32,000 bases of DNA from Alkanindiges illinoisensis DSM 15370 (GCF_000619845.1 NZ_JHUX01000003.1:370064-402063), one strand, 5' to 3'. Positions 7,042 to 16,554 are shown, counted from the first letter of the stretch. The notes: generated by a model not told the origin, from the letters alone. A program made the numbers and translations.

Positions 7042-7863
7042 ATGAATACTGCATTATCACTTGATTCAATGGTCGCAACGCCCAGGCCACAGGATATTCC
7101 CATGCTGATGGCAAACGGCGTTGAGAAAATCTATCCTAACGGCACACATGCGCTGGAGCGTCTGAACTTACACATTGCCCGTGGTGAAATCGTATCCCTG
7201 CTCGGCCCCTCAGGCTGTGGCAAAAGTACCTTGCTAAAGATGTTTGCTGATCTGGAGCAGCCCTCAGCAGGCCAGATTCGCTGGAATGGCAAAGGCGATA
7301 TCCAGTCGCAGTGCAACATGGCCATGGTATTTCAGGAAGCGACGTTAATGCCGTGGGCCACGATTGAAGACAATGTTCGCCTGCCACTGGATTTACAGGG
7401 TATTTCCAAAAATACCAGTACGGCTAAAGTCCATGCAGCCCTGGAAGCAGTAGGCCTGGGCAAGTTTACCAGGGCGTTTCCGCGTGAGCTGTCCGGTGGC
7501 ATGCAAATGCGTGCTTCGCTGGCGCGCGCGCTGGTGACCGAACCGGACTTGCTGCTGATGGATGAACCCTTTGGCGCGCTGGATGAGTTTACCCGGCAAA
7601 AACTGGACAGTGACATCCGGTCATTATGGGCGGAACAGGATCTAACCGTGGTGTTTGTCACCCACAGTATTTATGAGGCGGTGTATTTATCATCGCGCGT
7701 GATTGTCATGGGCGCACGGCCGGGCCGCGTGGTGGCTGATGTGGCGATTGAAGGCGCTGCCATTCGTGATGACCAATTCCGCACCTCGGAATCATTTATC
7801 AAGCAGTGTGCGCAATTGTCCTCAATTCTTGAGCAAGCCAGTGGAGGGACGCATCATGGCTAA
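7042..7863 (+). CDS. ABC transporter ATP-binding protein (NitT/TauT family)
   Basis: Walker A GPSGCGKST, signature LSGGMQMR, Walker B LLLMDEPFGALD. Start placed at ATG 7042 (GGGGGAA SD 6 nt upstream) rather than the ORF-track GTG at 7000. Confidence 0.85.
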   Translation: MNTALSLDSMVATPRPQDIPMLMANGVEKIYPNGTHALERLNLHIARGEIVSLLGPSGCGKSTLLKMFADLEQPSAGQIRWNGKGDIQSQCNMAMVFQEATLMPWATIEDNVRLPLDLQGISKNTSTAKVHAALEAVGLGKFTRAFPRELSGGMQMRASLARALVTEPDLLLMDEPFGALDEFTRQKLDSDIRSLWAEQDLTVVFVTHSIYEAVYLSSRVIVMGARPGRVVADVAIEGAAIRDDQFRTSESFIKQCAQLSSILEQASGGTHHG

Positions 7864-8650
7864 ACCGCTAATGAGTTATCCCGCGATCCAGCGGATTGTA
7901 GCGCCGCTCATTGTGGGGATTGTGCTGATCCTGAGCTGGCAAATCAGCTTTCAGCAGATGAATGTTCCTGTTTATATCGTGCCCAAGCCCAGTGATATCG
8001 CGCATACCATGGTCATACAGGCGCCGTTATTATTTGGCAGCTTACTGGTTACGCTTAAGATTACCCTGCTGGCATTTTTACTGGCGGTAGTCATTGGGGT
8101 AGTGGTTGCCTTTATTTTTGTGCAAAGCCGGGTGATTGAAGCCTGCGTGATGCCCTATGCCATTTTGTTTCAGGTCACGCCGGTGGTTGCCATTGCACCA
8201 TTAGTCATTATCTGGATTCAAAACACCACAATGGCACTGGTCGTATGTGCGATGCTGGTTGCCGTATTTCCGGTACTCACCAACACCACACTGGGTCTGC
8301 GCAGTGTCAATGCCGGGCTGCTCAATCTGTTTCGCATCAATAAAGCCAGTCGCTGGCAGGTACTGATGCGTTTGCGTGTCCCCAATGCCTTGCCGTATTT
8401 TTTTAGTGGTTTGCGTATTTCCTGCGGTCTGGCCCTGATTGGTGCTGTGGTTGCCGAGTTTGTGGCTGGTACTGGCGGAACCAGTGCTGGCCTGGCCTAC
8501 CAGATTTTGCAGGCAGGCTTTCAGCTGGATTTGCCACTCATGTTTGCTGCCTTAGTGTTGATTACCTGTACCGGCTTAACCCTGTTTATCATCATGTCCA
8601 TGATAAGCCAGTTCTTTTTACGCAAATGGCATGACAGTGAATTGGGCTAG
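7856..8650 (+). CDS. ABC transporter permease (BPD_transp_1 type)
   Basis: Polytopic hydrophobic 264-aa protein. Start ATG 7856 has a GGAGGGA SD and an 8-bp overlap with the ATPase stop. The ORF-track start at 7703 lies inside the ATPase gene. Confidence 0.85.
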   Translation: MAKPLMSYPAIQRIVAPLIVGIVLILSWQISFQQMNVPVYIVPKPSDIAHTMVIQAPLLFGSLLVTLKITLLAFLLAVVIGVVVAFIFVQSRVIEACVMPYAILFQVTPVVAIAPLVIIWIQNTTMALVVCAMLVAVFPVLTNTTLGLRSVNAGLLNLFRINKASRWQVLMRLRVPNALPYFFSGLRISCGLALIGAVVAEFVAGTGGTSAGLAYQILQAGFQLDLPLMFAALVLITCTGLTLFIIMSMISQFFLRKWHDSELG

Positions 8651-8662
8651 GGCATTTTGAGA

Positions 8663-10102
8663 ATGAGTCAAATGAATATCTTGATTAAAAACGCCTATGC
8701 CATCCTTACTGGACAGGCAGGGCATCAGGCCAGACATACCGCAACAGATATCCGCATTGTTAATGGCATCATTCAGGATATGGGCAGTCTTACCGCACAG
8801 CCTGATGAACAGGTGATTGATGCCCGGGACTGTGTGATTTATCCGGCCTGGGTCAACACCCATCATCACCTGTTCCAGTCTTTACTTAAAGGCGAACCAC
8901 AGGGCTTAAACCAGAGTTTAACACCGTGGCTGGCCGCAACACCTTATCGCTTCCGGGGATCATTTGATGAAGAAACCTTCAGGCTGGCGGCACGCATCGG
9001 CCTGATTGAACTGTTACGTTCCGGCTGCGCGACCGTGGCTGATCATCATTATTTATACTGGCCGGGCATGCCATTTGATGGCGCGGCTATTTTGTTTGAA
9101 GAAGCCACGCAACTGGGCATGCGCTTTGTGTTGTGCCGTGGCGGTGCGACGCAAACCCGCGGGCTGGAAGCCGACCTGCCACAGGCCATGCGACCGGAAA
9201 AATTTGATGCATTCATGCAGGATGTCGAGCGGCTGGTGGCCACATATCATGACCCATCCGCCAATGCCATGCGCCGGGTTGTCATGGCACCTACCACCAC
9301 GCTGCACTCCACCACGGCACCTGAGCTGCGTGAAACAGCCCGATTGGCCCGGCAACTTAATATTCGGATGCATAGCCATTTATCCGAAACCGTAGATTAT
9401 CTGGATGCCGCCAAAGCCAAGTTTGGCATGACCCCCATCCAGTTTTGTGCCGAACATGACTGGATTGGTGAAGATGTCTGGTTTGCCCATCTGGTCAAAT
9501 TATTGCCGGAAGAAATTGCACTGCTGGGCCAGACCAGAACCGGAATTGCCCATTGTCCGCAAAGCAATGCACGTTTGGGCAGTGGTATTGCTGATCTGGT
9601 TGCGCTTGAACATGCTGGTGTAAAGGTGTCTATCGGGGTTGATGGGGCAGCATCCAACGAGGCGGCGGATATGCTGTCAGAAACCCATGCTGCATGGCTC
9701 TTGCAACGGGCCCGTAAAGGCATGCTGGCACAGCCCCGCTATGAGGGTGGCCTGTTTGAAGGCGGTGCGGATGCGGCGAGTATTGAAGATGTGATTCGCT
9801 GGGGCACTGCTGGCGGCGCACAGGTATTGGGCCTGGATAATATCGGCACGCTTGAGATTGGCAAGGCAGCTGATCTGGTGGTGTACCAGCTTGATGATCC
9901 GCGCTATTTCGGCCTGCATGACATGGCAATTGGACCCGTGGCGAGTGGTGGGCGGGCGCACATTAAAATCATGCTGATTAATGGGAAAGTCGTGATGGAG
10001 CATGACCAGATACCCGGTATCAGTATGCCGGAACTGGCTTTTCAGGCCCAGCAGGCGGTCAGACAGTTACAACAGCGCGCTAGCCGGATTGCTGTTGCCT
10101 AA
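8663..10102 (+). CDS. amidohydrolase-superfamily deaminase (AtzB / 8-oxoguanine-deaminase-like group), substrate unknown
   Basis: Metal ligands WVNTHHHLFQS (HxH), HSHLSET, HCPQSN, GVDGAASN. Last gene of the NMT1-type ABC operon. Start could be TTG 8657, ATG 8663 or ATG 8672. Confidence 0.8.
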   Translation: MSQMNILIKNAYAILTGQAGHQARHTATDIRIVNGIIQDMGSLTAQPDEQVIDARDCVIYPAWVNTHHHLFQSLLKGEPQGLNQSLTPWLAATPYRFRGSFDEETFRLAARIGLIELLRSGCATVADHHYLYWPGMPFDGAAILFEEATQLGMRFVLCRGGATQTRGLEADLPQAMRPEKFDAFMQDVERLVATYHDPSANAMRRVVMAPTTTLHSTTAPELRETARLARQLNIRMHSHLSETVDYLDAAKAKFGMTPIQFCAEHDWIGEDVWFAHLVKLLPEEIALLGQTRTGIAHCPQSNARLGSGIADLVALEHAGVKVSIGVDGAASNEAADMLSETHAAWLLQRARKGMLAQPRYEGGLFEGGADAASIEDVIRWGTAGGAQVLGLDNIGTLEIGKAADLVVYQLDDPRYFGLHDMAIGPVASGGRAHIKIMLINGKVVMEHDQIPGISMPELAFQAQQAVRQLQQRASRIAVA

Positions 10103-10116
10103 TTGATCCGGTTTAC

Positions 10117-10182
10117 AGTATCCCTATAGTGAGGAGCCTGACTTGTATTGTGCATCAGTTTCAATGCACATTTAGGGATACT
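10117..10182 (+). repeat. nested inverted repeats in the amidohydrolase-puuE spacer
   Basis: AGTATCCCTA (10117-10126) pairs with TAGGGATACT (10173-10182). The inner pair is TGTGCAT (10149-10155) with ATGCACA (10164-10170). An adjacent hairpin is CGGATCA-cca-TGATCCG (10184-10200). No T-run follows. Confidence 0.45.
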
Positions 10183-10292
10183 ACGGATCACCATGATCCG
10201 CAACGTCCTGTAAGTAATGCAAGGCCTGTTTGGAACCGATTAAGCTTTAGACCGGATTGTTAAAGCATTTGTAAAAACTCAAAGGTAGAGCC

Positions 10293-11264
10293 GTGAATAG
10301 ACTTGATGTTGATGGTGCCGCACTGGTACAGGAAATCCAGGCTGGCGCTTATCCGCGTGATATGGTGGGTTATGGTGCCCATCCACCACAGGCAAACTGG
10401 CCTAATCAGGCGAGGGTGGCTGTGCAGTTTGTGCTGAATTATGAAGAGGGCGGCGAGAGTCATGTTGCCCATGGTGATGCCGGTTCAGAGCAATTCCTGT
10501 CAGAAATTAGTGGCGCTGCCAGTTATCCAGATCGGCATTTGTCGATGGATTCGATTTATGAATACGGTTCAAGGGCAGGGTTCTGGCGCATTCATCAGGA
10601 GTTTGCCCGCCGTGGTTTACCGCTGACCATATTTGGGGTTGCCATGGCACTGGCACGTAATCCTGATGTGGTCGAAGCCATCAGGCAGCAGCAGTATGAT
10701 GTGGTATCGCATGGCATGCGCTGGTTACATTACCAGAATGTGCCGGTTGAAACTGAACGGTTGCATATGGCGCAAGCATTGGCGGTATTACAGCACCTGT
10801 TTGGCAAGGCACCCATTGGCTGGTATACCGGCCGTGATAGCCCGCGCACACGGCAGCTGCTGGCAGAGTTCGATCATATTCAGTATGACAGCGATTATTA
10901 TGGCGATGATTTGCCATTCTGGACCACACTGACCAATGCGCAAGGAAACACCAGACCGCATCTCATTGTGCCTTATACCTTGGACACCAATGACATGAAG
11001 TTTGCTGCACCAGCAGGCTTTGATCATGCCGAGCCGTTTTATCAGTATCTAAAAGATGCGTTCGATGTGCTGTATGCTGAAGGTGAGACTTCACCCAAAA
11101 TGCTATCCATCGGGATGCACTGCCGCATTCTGGGGCGCCCTGCACGTTTTCGGGCATTACAGCGTTTTCTGGATTATATACAGGGCCACGATCAGGTCTG
11201 GATTTGCCGCCGGCATGATATAGCCATGCACTGGTATGCCCAGCATCCCTATAAAGAAAAGTAA
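10293..11264 (+). CDS. puuE: allantoinase, PuuE type (polysaccharide-deacetylase fold)
   Basis: YPRDMVGYG...PP..WP and FVLNYEEGGE motifs typical of PuuE, then the deacetylase-like core. GTG start with an AAAGG SD. The N-terminus is about 18 aa longer than the PuuE sequences I recall, so the start is uncertain. Confidence 0.88.
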   Translation: MNRLDVDGAALVQEIQAGAYPRDMVGYGAHPPQANWPNQARVAVQFVLNYEEGGESHVAHGDAGSEQFLSEISGAASYPDRHLSMDSIYEYGSRAGFWRIHQEFARRGLPLTIFGVAMALARNPDVVEAIRQQQYDVVSHGMRWLHYQNVPVETERLHMAQALAVLQHLFGKAPIGWYTGRDSPRTRQLLAEFDHIQYDSDYYGDDLPFWTTLTNAQGNTRPHLIVPYTLDTNDMKFAAPAGFDHAEPFYQYLKDAFDVLYAEGETSPKMLSIGMHCRILGRPARFRALQRFLDYIQGHDQVWICRRHDIAMHWYAQHPYKEK

Positions 11265-11374
11265 TTCATCATAAACGATGGACAGCAGAAAAATGAGTCT
11301 GGCAGGCTCAGGTATGACTATGCCTGCATGCTGACTATTGCTCAATCCATATAACGGTACAGTTCGGCTGGTAC

Positions 11375-11390
11375 TGGCATAAACCCTGCT
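11375..11390 (+). promoter_or_regulatory. sigma-54-like -24/-12 element upstream of guaD
   Basis: TGGCAT-aaacc-CTGCT with correct GG-N10-GC spacing, 118 bp upstream of ATG 11508. Confidence 0.4.
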
Positions 11391-11507
11391 GCTCCTTGGA
11401 ATGATAGGGGTCTATTTCAGTATGACACCTGCCAGAATTTATAGTAAAGCCCGCGTGATACATCAGTGAGTCATGCAGGCCGGTCTGCTGTTAGCTCAGG
11501 AATTGAT

Positions 11508-12845
11508 ATGTCTGCCCAGTTTGAAACAATAGATACGCCGTCACTTTGTGCCATACGCGCCAGCTTTCTGGATTTCAAACAGGTAGTCGGTCAGGCCAGT
11601 GATATTGTTTCACAGTTCCGTTTTATTCAGGATGGCTTGCTGGTTATTCAGCAAGGCAGGATTCTCTGGTTTGGTGAGTGGCAGCAAGGTCAGCATTTAT
11701 ATCCCGATTTAGCTGTTACCCATTATCCTGATCAATGGATTGTGCCGGGTTTTATTGATACCCATATTCATTATCCGCAAACGGAAATGATTGCAGCTTA
11801 CGGTGAGCAGTTACTGAGCTGGCTGGAGAAATACACGTTTCCGGTAGAAATGCAGTTTGCCGATAAACAGTATGCCAGCGAGATTTCCAGATTCTTTATT
11901 CAGCAACTTTTCAGTAATGGCACCACCACGGCCCTGGTATTTGGTTCAGCACATCCGCAGTCAGTCGATGCCCTGTTTGAGGTGGCTGAAGAAGTGAACA
12001 TGCGCTTAATTGCCGGCAAGGTGATGATGGATCGGCATGCCCCTGCTGAGTTATGTGACACGGTGGAATCGTCCTATACCGATAGCAAACGATTAATTGA
12101 AAAATGGCATGGCAAAGGCCGATTGCTGTATGCAATTACACCGCGCTTTGCCCCAACCTCTACGCCTGAGCAATTACAGGCTGCCCAGCGCTTGCGGGAA
12201 GAATTTCCTGACGTGTATGTACAAACCCATTTAAGTGAAAATCAGGCAGAAATTGAATGGGTAAAACAATTATTTCCTGAGCGGAAGAACTATCTGGATG
12301 TGTATCATCACTATGGTTTAACCGGTGAGCGCAGTGTATTTGCCCATGGTATTCACTTGTGTGAGGACGAATGGCAGTGTTTGAGTGAAACCCAATCCTC
12401 CATCGCGTTTTGTCCAACCTCCAACCTGTTTATCGGCAGTGGTCTGTTTAAGTTGACTGAGGCATGGAAGCATCAGGTCAGCGTAGGCATGGGAACGGAT
12501 GTTGGTGGTGGCACGTCATTTAACATACTGCAAACCTTAAATGAAGCCTATAAGGTGATGCAATTACAGGGTTATAGCCTGTCGGCCTGTGAAGCTTTAT
12601 ACCTTGCCACCTTAGGGGCCGCCCATGCGCTAAAACTGGACGATAAACTGGGGAATTTTGCCATTGGTAAAGAGGCTGATTTTGTGGTGCTGGATCTTGA
12701 GGCAACGCCATTGCAACGCCTCAGGCAACAGCATTCGGGAACTGTTGATGAGAAACTGTTTGCCCTGATCATGCTGGGGGATGACCGTAATATTTATTGT
12801 ACCTACGTCAATGGCGTATTGGTCCATCAACGCGATACCCGGTAA
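11508..12845 (+). CDS. guaD: guanine deaminase (amidohydrolase type)
   Basis: PGFIDTHIHYPQ (HxH), HLSEN, FCPTSN, GTDVGGG motifs. ATG 11508 with an AGGA SD 7 nt upstream gives 445 aa, the usual GuaD size. The ORF-track GTG 11466 is less likely. Confidence 0.9.
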   Translation: MSAQFETIDTPSLCAIRASFLDFKQVVGQASDIVSQFRFIQDGLLVIQQGRILWFGEWQQGQHLYPDLAVTHYPDQWIVPGFIDTHIHYPQTEMIAAYGEQLLSWLEKYTFPVEMQFADKQYASEISRFFIQQLFSNGTTTALVFGSAHPQSVDALFEVAEEVNMRLIAGKVMMDRHAPAELCDTVESSYTDSKRLIEKWHGKGRLLYAITPRFAPTSTPEQLQAAQRLREEFPDVYVQTHLSENQAEIEWVKQLFPERKNYLDVYHHYGLTGERSVFAHGIHLCEDEWQCLSETQSSIAFCPTSNLFIGSGLFKLTEAWKHQVSVGMGTDVGGGTSFNILQTLNEAYKVMQLQGYSLSACEALYLATLGAAHALKLDDKLGNFAIGKEADFVVLDLEATPLQRLRQQHSGTVDEKLFALIMLGDDRNIYCTYVNGVLVHQRDTR

Positions 12846-12995
12846 TCGCACAAAGGTTGGTCTTTAGGTCGGTGACACCAGGTTTAAGTGACGTATCCCA
12901 AATTGTCTGCTTAGTGAGGCACGGGTTTGATGTTTATTGCTATTAATACATAGACTTTATTTGCAAAATGCAAAATCCGGAACAAAAATAGTTTC

Positions 12996-13011
12996 TGGTA
13001 CTGGCTTTGCT
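12996..13011 (+). promoter_or_regulatory. sigma-54-like -24/-12 promoter for uraD-hiuH
   Basis: TGGTAC-tggct-TTGCT with correct spacing, 68-107 bp upstream of the candidate uraD starts. Confidence 0.5.
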
Positions 13012-13117
13012 GGGCATTGATAGAGCACTAAAAAAATGATGGGTGTGTTTGGCCTGACCCGGCTGGATTATTGGGGCGATGACTTTGGCGATCAATTGGA
13101 GAATTTTCTTGAAACTC

Positions 13118-13612
13118 ATGGAATTTAATCAGTGTACTGATGAGGCGGCAACAAAAGTGTTGCAGTCCTGCGCGCATATGCCCTCATGGATCAGGGCACT
13201 GGTTCAGCAAAGACCGTATACAACGGTTGAACAACTTTATGAACAGGCAAAACAGCAGGCTGGTGACTGGCAATGGATAGAGGTAGAGCAGGCTTTGGCG
13301 CAACACCCCCGGATTGGCCAGAAACAGGCCGCTGCAGTGCTGAGTGAGGAAGAGCAGCAGTTTTCTGCCAATGAACAGCGTGATGTACAAACCAGTCAAC
13401 ACATGGAGCAGGCACTACTACAGGCTAACCAGGACTATGAGCAGCAATTTGGCCACATCTTTTTGATCCGGGCAGCAGGACGTACCGGAGAAGATATTTT
13501 AAGTGAGTTGCAGCGTCGCCTGAACAATACCGTCATACAGGAGCAGCAGGAGGTCATACAACAGCTGGCAGAGATTGCAGTGCTGCGTTTACAGCAGGGA
13601 GTAATTGCATGA
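13118..13612 (+). CDS. uraD: 2-oxo-4-hydroxy-4-carboxy-5-ureidoimidazoline (OHCU) decarboxylase
   Basis: OHCU decarboxylase pattern (SCAHMPSWIRALVQQRPY ... LAQHPRIG ... FGHIFLI). The stop overlaps the hiuH ATG (ATGA). Start is either ATG 13118 (164 aa, typical size) or ATG 13079. Confidence 0.85.
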   Translation: MEFNQCTDEAATKVLQSCAHMPSWIRALVQQRPYTTVEQLYEQAKQQAGDWQWIEVEQALAQHPRIGQKQAAAVLSEEEQQFSANEQRDVQTSQHMEQALLQANQDYEQQFGHIFLIRAAGRTGEDILSELQRRLNNTVIQEQQEVIQQLAEIAVLRLQQGVIA

Positions 13613-13944
13613 GTATCATTACCACACATATTCTGGATGCAACTTTAGGGAAACCGGCCAGTGATGTTCTGGTACGGCTGTTCATATTGCAGGATGAACA
13701 CTATATTTTGCTGGATCAAAAAACAACTGACCAGGATGGGCGTGTGAAAAATTTTGATTTGCCCATCTGTATTGCAGGGACTTATCAAATTCAGTTTGAG
13801 ACATTGCCGTATTTTGCAGCACAACAACAGCAATGCTTTTATCCACGGGTTAGCATTGAGTTTATGGTCACAGCGCTGGACAGGCACTATCATGTCCCTT
13901 TACTGATTAGCCCATTTTCCTATTCGACCTATCGGGGCAGTTAA
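13609..13944 (+). CDS. hiuH: 5-hydroxyisourate hydrolase (transthyretin-like)
   Basis: 111 aa. N-terminal ITTHILD and the diagnostic C-terminal YSTYRGS tetrapeptide end. GGGAG SD. Translationally coupled to uraD. Confidence 0.92.
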   Translation: MSIITTHILDATLGKPASDVLVRLFILQDEHYILLDQKTTDQDGRVKNFDLPICIAGTYQIQFETLPYFAAQQQQCFYPRVSIEFMVTALDRHYHVPLLISPFSYSTYRGS

Positions 13945-14276
13945 AATAGCCAGTTATATGTGGTTTGACTTTGCATGGTTTAGCCTGAGTATTCCAGCTT
14001 GCATTAACCGGCTTTGAACGTCTTGAGGGGTGTACATTTTTGGGCAATAGCGGCATAGGTTATATCTATTTTGTGATACTCCTGTTTGCACTGAAATTGC
14101 CGGAAAATAAAACCACTTTAGTTAAAATTTAATAAAAATAATATAAATCAATTAGATATGAATTAATAGAAGTCCGTATGTTACTTAGGCCTGAAGCAGG
14201 AGAGCAATATACGGGCTTGGCATATGCTTTGCTTGAACCTGATTATCTGTTTTTGCATATAAGGTCAGAACACAAA

Positions 14277-15200
14277 ATGCGTCCATCCAGTAAGTGGGAA
14301 TCTTTGGATGTTCCTTTATTACAGGTGCTACATGCCTTGCTCATTGAAAAAAGTGTTTCCAATGCTGCCCGCCGTTTAAACCAGTCACAACCTGCGGTGA
14401 GTACCTCACTGCGTAAATTGCGTGAAATTACCGGTGATCAGTTGCTGGTACGCAGCCGTAATGGCATGACACCTACAGAGCGCGGGCTGGCGTTGCTGGA
14501 ACCTGTGACCCATGTGTTAAACCAGATTGAAAAAATTGGCGTGCAACAGGTGCATTTTGATCCTGCACAGTCCCGTCAGGTGTTTAATCTGGCAACGCCT
14601 GACTATTTAAGTGCCATTGATCTGGGCGAGGTGATTCGCCGTATTCGGGTAGAAGCCCCACATACCACCATCATGATTCATTCGCTGGGGCATGATTTTG
14701 ATTATGCCCAGGCGCTGGAAAGCGGCATGCTGGATGCGGTGATTGCCAACTGGCCACAGCCACCAGAGCATTTGCGTCTGGCGCCCTTATTTGATGATGA
14801 GGTGGTCTGCCTGATGCGCAAAAGTCATCCACTGGCCAATAAGCCACTGACACTGGATGATTATTTGTCTGCCGAGCATCTGGCACCTACCCCTTACACA
14901 GTGGGCCAGCGTGGCGTGATTGACCTGCATCTGGCTAAGGAACGCCTAAAGCGCAATATTGTGGCATACGTGCCCTATTTTAGTATGGTGCCGTATATGC
15001 TGCTGCAAATGAATGCCGTGTTTTCGCTACCGCGTTCTTTTGCCAAGCATTATTGCTCACTGATGCCATTAACCATTTCTGAAATTCCAATTGATTTTCC
15101 CAAAATTCCCTTTTATGTGCTGTGGCATGAGCGCTCGCACCATTCCGAGGAATATCGCTGGTTTCGCGAGTTACTGGTTTCGGTGTTTCGCCATCATTAG
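14277..15200 (+). CDS. LysR-family transcriptional regulator
   Basis: N-terminal HTH (SVSNAARRLNQSQPAVSTSLRKLRE) plus a LysR substrate-binding domain. ATG 14277 gives the canonical N-terminus. The ORF-track start 14178 adds an implausible extension. Confidence 0.85.
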   Translation: MRPSSKWESLDVPLLQVLHALLIEKSVSNAARRLNQSQPAVSTSLRKLREITGDQLLVRSRNGMTPTERGLALLEPVTHVLNQIEKIGVQQVHFDPAQSRQVFNLATPDYLSAIDLGEVIRRIRVEAPHTTIMIHSLGHDFDYAQALESGMLDAVIANWPQPPEHLRLAPLFDDEVVCLMRKSHPLANKPLTLDDYLSAEHLAPTPYTVGQRGVIDLHLAKERLKRNIVAYVPYFSMVPYMLLQMNAVFSLPRSFAKHYCSLMPLTISEIPIDFPKIPFYVLWHERSHHSEEYRWFRELLVSVFRHH

Positions 15201-15442
15201 GAGCAGGCTTAATTCATGGTGGCCATAAGAGGGATGGGTGAATCAGGTCTTAAAATTCCATAAAGATAAATTATTATCTCATTGATATAAATGGTTTTTG
15301 TTCTGATTTTTGTTGAGAGGCCGCCATCAGGTTTGATAGCTCATTTTCTATTATAGCGTCAACCGGTGTGCCAACAGGCTGATGCGCAAGTTATATGTTT
15401 TTCTTTATAGGATTAATGCACAACATCTTATATTTAAAAAGT

Positions 15443-15458
15443 TGGTAAGAAACTTGCC
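15443..15458 (+). promoter_or_regulatory. sigma-54-like -24/-12 element upstream of the porin gene
   Basis: TGGTAA-gaaac-TTGCC with correct spacing, 119 bp upstream of ATG 15577. Confidence 0.4.
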
Positions 15459-15576
15459 ATTTATTTAATGGTCAGCAGCAGTGCAATAAAGCCGTACTGT
15501 GTCAGGTTTTAGATCCTGCTGAACAGGTGAATGATAGACCTTAAGTCTTGGTTTTTTACAGTTTTGAAGGGCGAAT

Positions 15577-16464
15577 ATGATGGCAAATTTACGAGTGGCA
15601 AAAGCATTCAAGTATAAAGCAGCATGGTGTGGTTTACTGGCAATTATGGGTGGGCTGTCTGCATCGTATGCCAGTGCAGCAACCTGGAGCGACACGGCAT
15701 TAAGCTGGCGCTACGGCACGACCTTTGCCGAGCCTTTTGCCAATGATGCAGATGGCAGCCGTAAGGATATCAGCAAAAATATCATTGGGCTGACACATGC
15801 CAGTGGTTATCAGTATGGCAGCAACTTTTTTAATGCGGATATCCTGCTATCTGACTCCAATGATCCAGCGGGCGGTACAGCGGGTAAACCCGGTGCGCAG
15901 GAAGTTTATGTGGTATACCGTAATACCATTGATTTTGGTCTGGTGTCCAAAAAAGATTTGTCTTTGGGGCCTATTAAAAGCTTTGGACTAACGGGTGGTT
16001 TTGATTTAAATACCAAAAACGATTATTACGCTTCCAAAAAACGGATGCTGGTGCTTGGCCCAACCCTGATGCTGGATGTGCCGGGTTTTGCCAATTTTAG
16101 CGTATTGGGCCTGTATGAAAGCAATAGCCCAAACAGCATTGACAAGCGTTACACCTATGATTTTCATCCTGCGGCCCAGCTTACCTGGGGTATTCCAGTC
16201 AGTAAGCTGCCATTGTCTTTTGAGGGCTATGCGCTATGGATTGGCGATAAGGGGAAAAATGAATTTGGTGGTAAAACATCGCCAGAGTTTCATCTGGATA
16301 CCAAACTGATGTATGACCTTGGTACGAATATTGGCCTGGGTAAAAATTCTTTTAAGATAGGTGCTGAATACGAGTACTGGCATAACAAATTTGGCAATAC
16401 CGATAATGGCAATGAGGGCGCGACAGCCAGCACACCCATGATCCGCGCGGAATATCATTTTTAA
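15577..16464 (+). CDS. outer-membrane beta-barrel channel, Tsx/OmpK-like (putative nucleoside/purine channel)
   Basis: Signal peptide ending SYASA/A. Alternating beta-strand pattern with aromatic girdle residues. C-terminal AEYHF with terminal Phe. Segment KKDLSLGPIK resembles the Tsx TDLSFGPFK region. Confidence 0.7.
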   Translation: MMANLRVAKAFKYKAAWCGLLAIMGGLSASYASAATWSDTALSWRYGTTFAEPFANDADGSRKDISKNIIGLTHASGYQYGSNFFNADILLSDSNDPAGGTAGKPGAQEVYVVYRNTIDFGLVSKKDLSLGPIKSFGLTGGFDLNTKNDYYASKKRMLVLGPTLMLDVPGFANFSVLGLYESNSPNSIDKRYTYDFHPAAQLTWGIPVSKLPLSFEGYALWIGDKGKNEFGGKTSPEFHLDTKLMYDLGTNIGLGKNSFKIGAEYEYWHNKFGNTDNGNEGATASTPMIRAEYHF

Positions 16465-16523
16465 TGCAGGTGTGTAAGGCGCAGCACTGCGCTTGCCTAT
16501 GAGCCACAAGATGGCATAAAGCT

Positions 16524-16554
16524 AAAAAACCCCTAATACGTTTAGGGGTTTTTT
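16524..16554. terminator. bidirectional Rho-independent terminator
   Basis: AAAAAA-CCCCTAA-tacgt-TTAGGGG-TTTTTT between the convergent porin and amidohydrolase genes. Confidence 0.85.

Noticed and set aside
10103-10292. Possible purine (guanine/adenine) riboswitch in front of puuE.
   Set aside because: The three-way junction and conserved loop sequences of the purine riboswitch are not present. The hairpins are simple nested inverted repeats.
11368-13005. Identical 11-mer CTGGTACTGGC upstream of guaD (11368-11378) and uraD (12995-13005), and identical 10-mer ATGACTATGC at 11314-11323 and 19478-19487.
   Set aside because: By a rough count, several shared 10-11-mers are expected by chance among about 4.5 kb of intergenic DNA. 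The two 11-mer copies also sit in different registers relative to the sigma-54-like elements.
15264-15279. AGATAA-atta-TTATCT inverted repeat between the LysR gene and the porin promoter, as a possible LysR box.
   Set aside because: The arms are very AT-rich in an AT-rich spacer, so a chance occurrence is likely. It also does not fit a clear T-N11-A arrangement.
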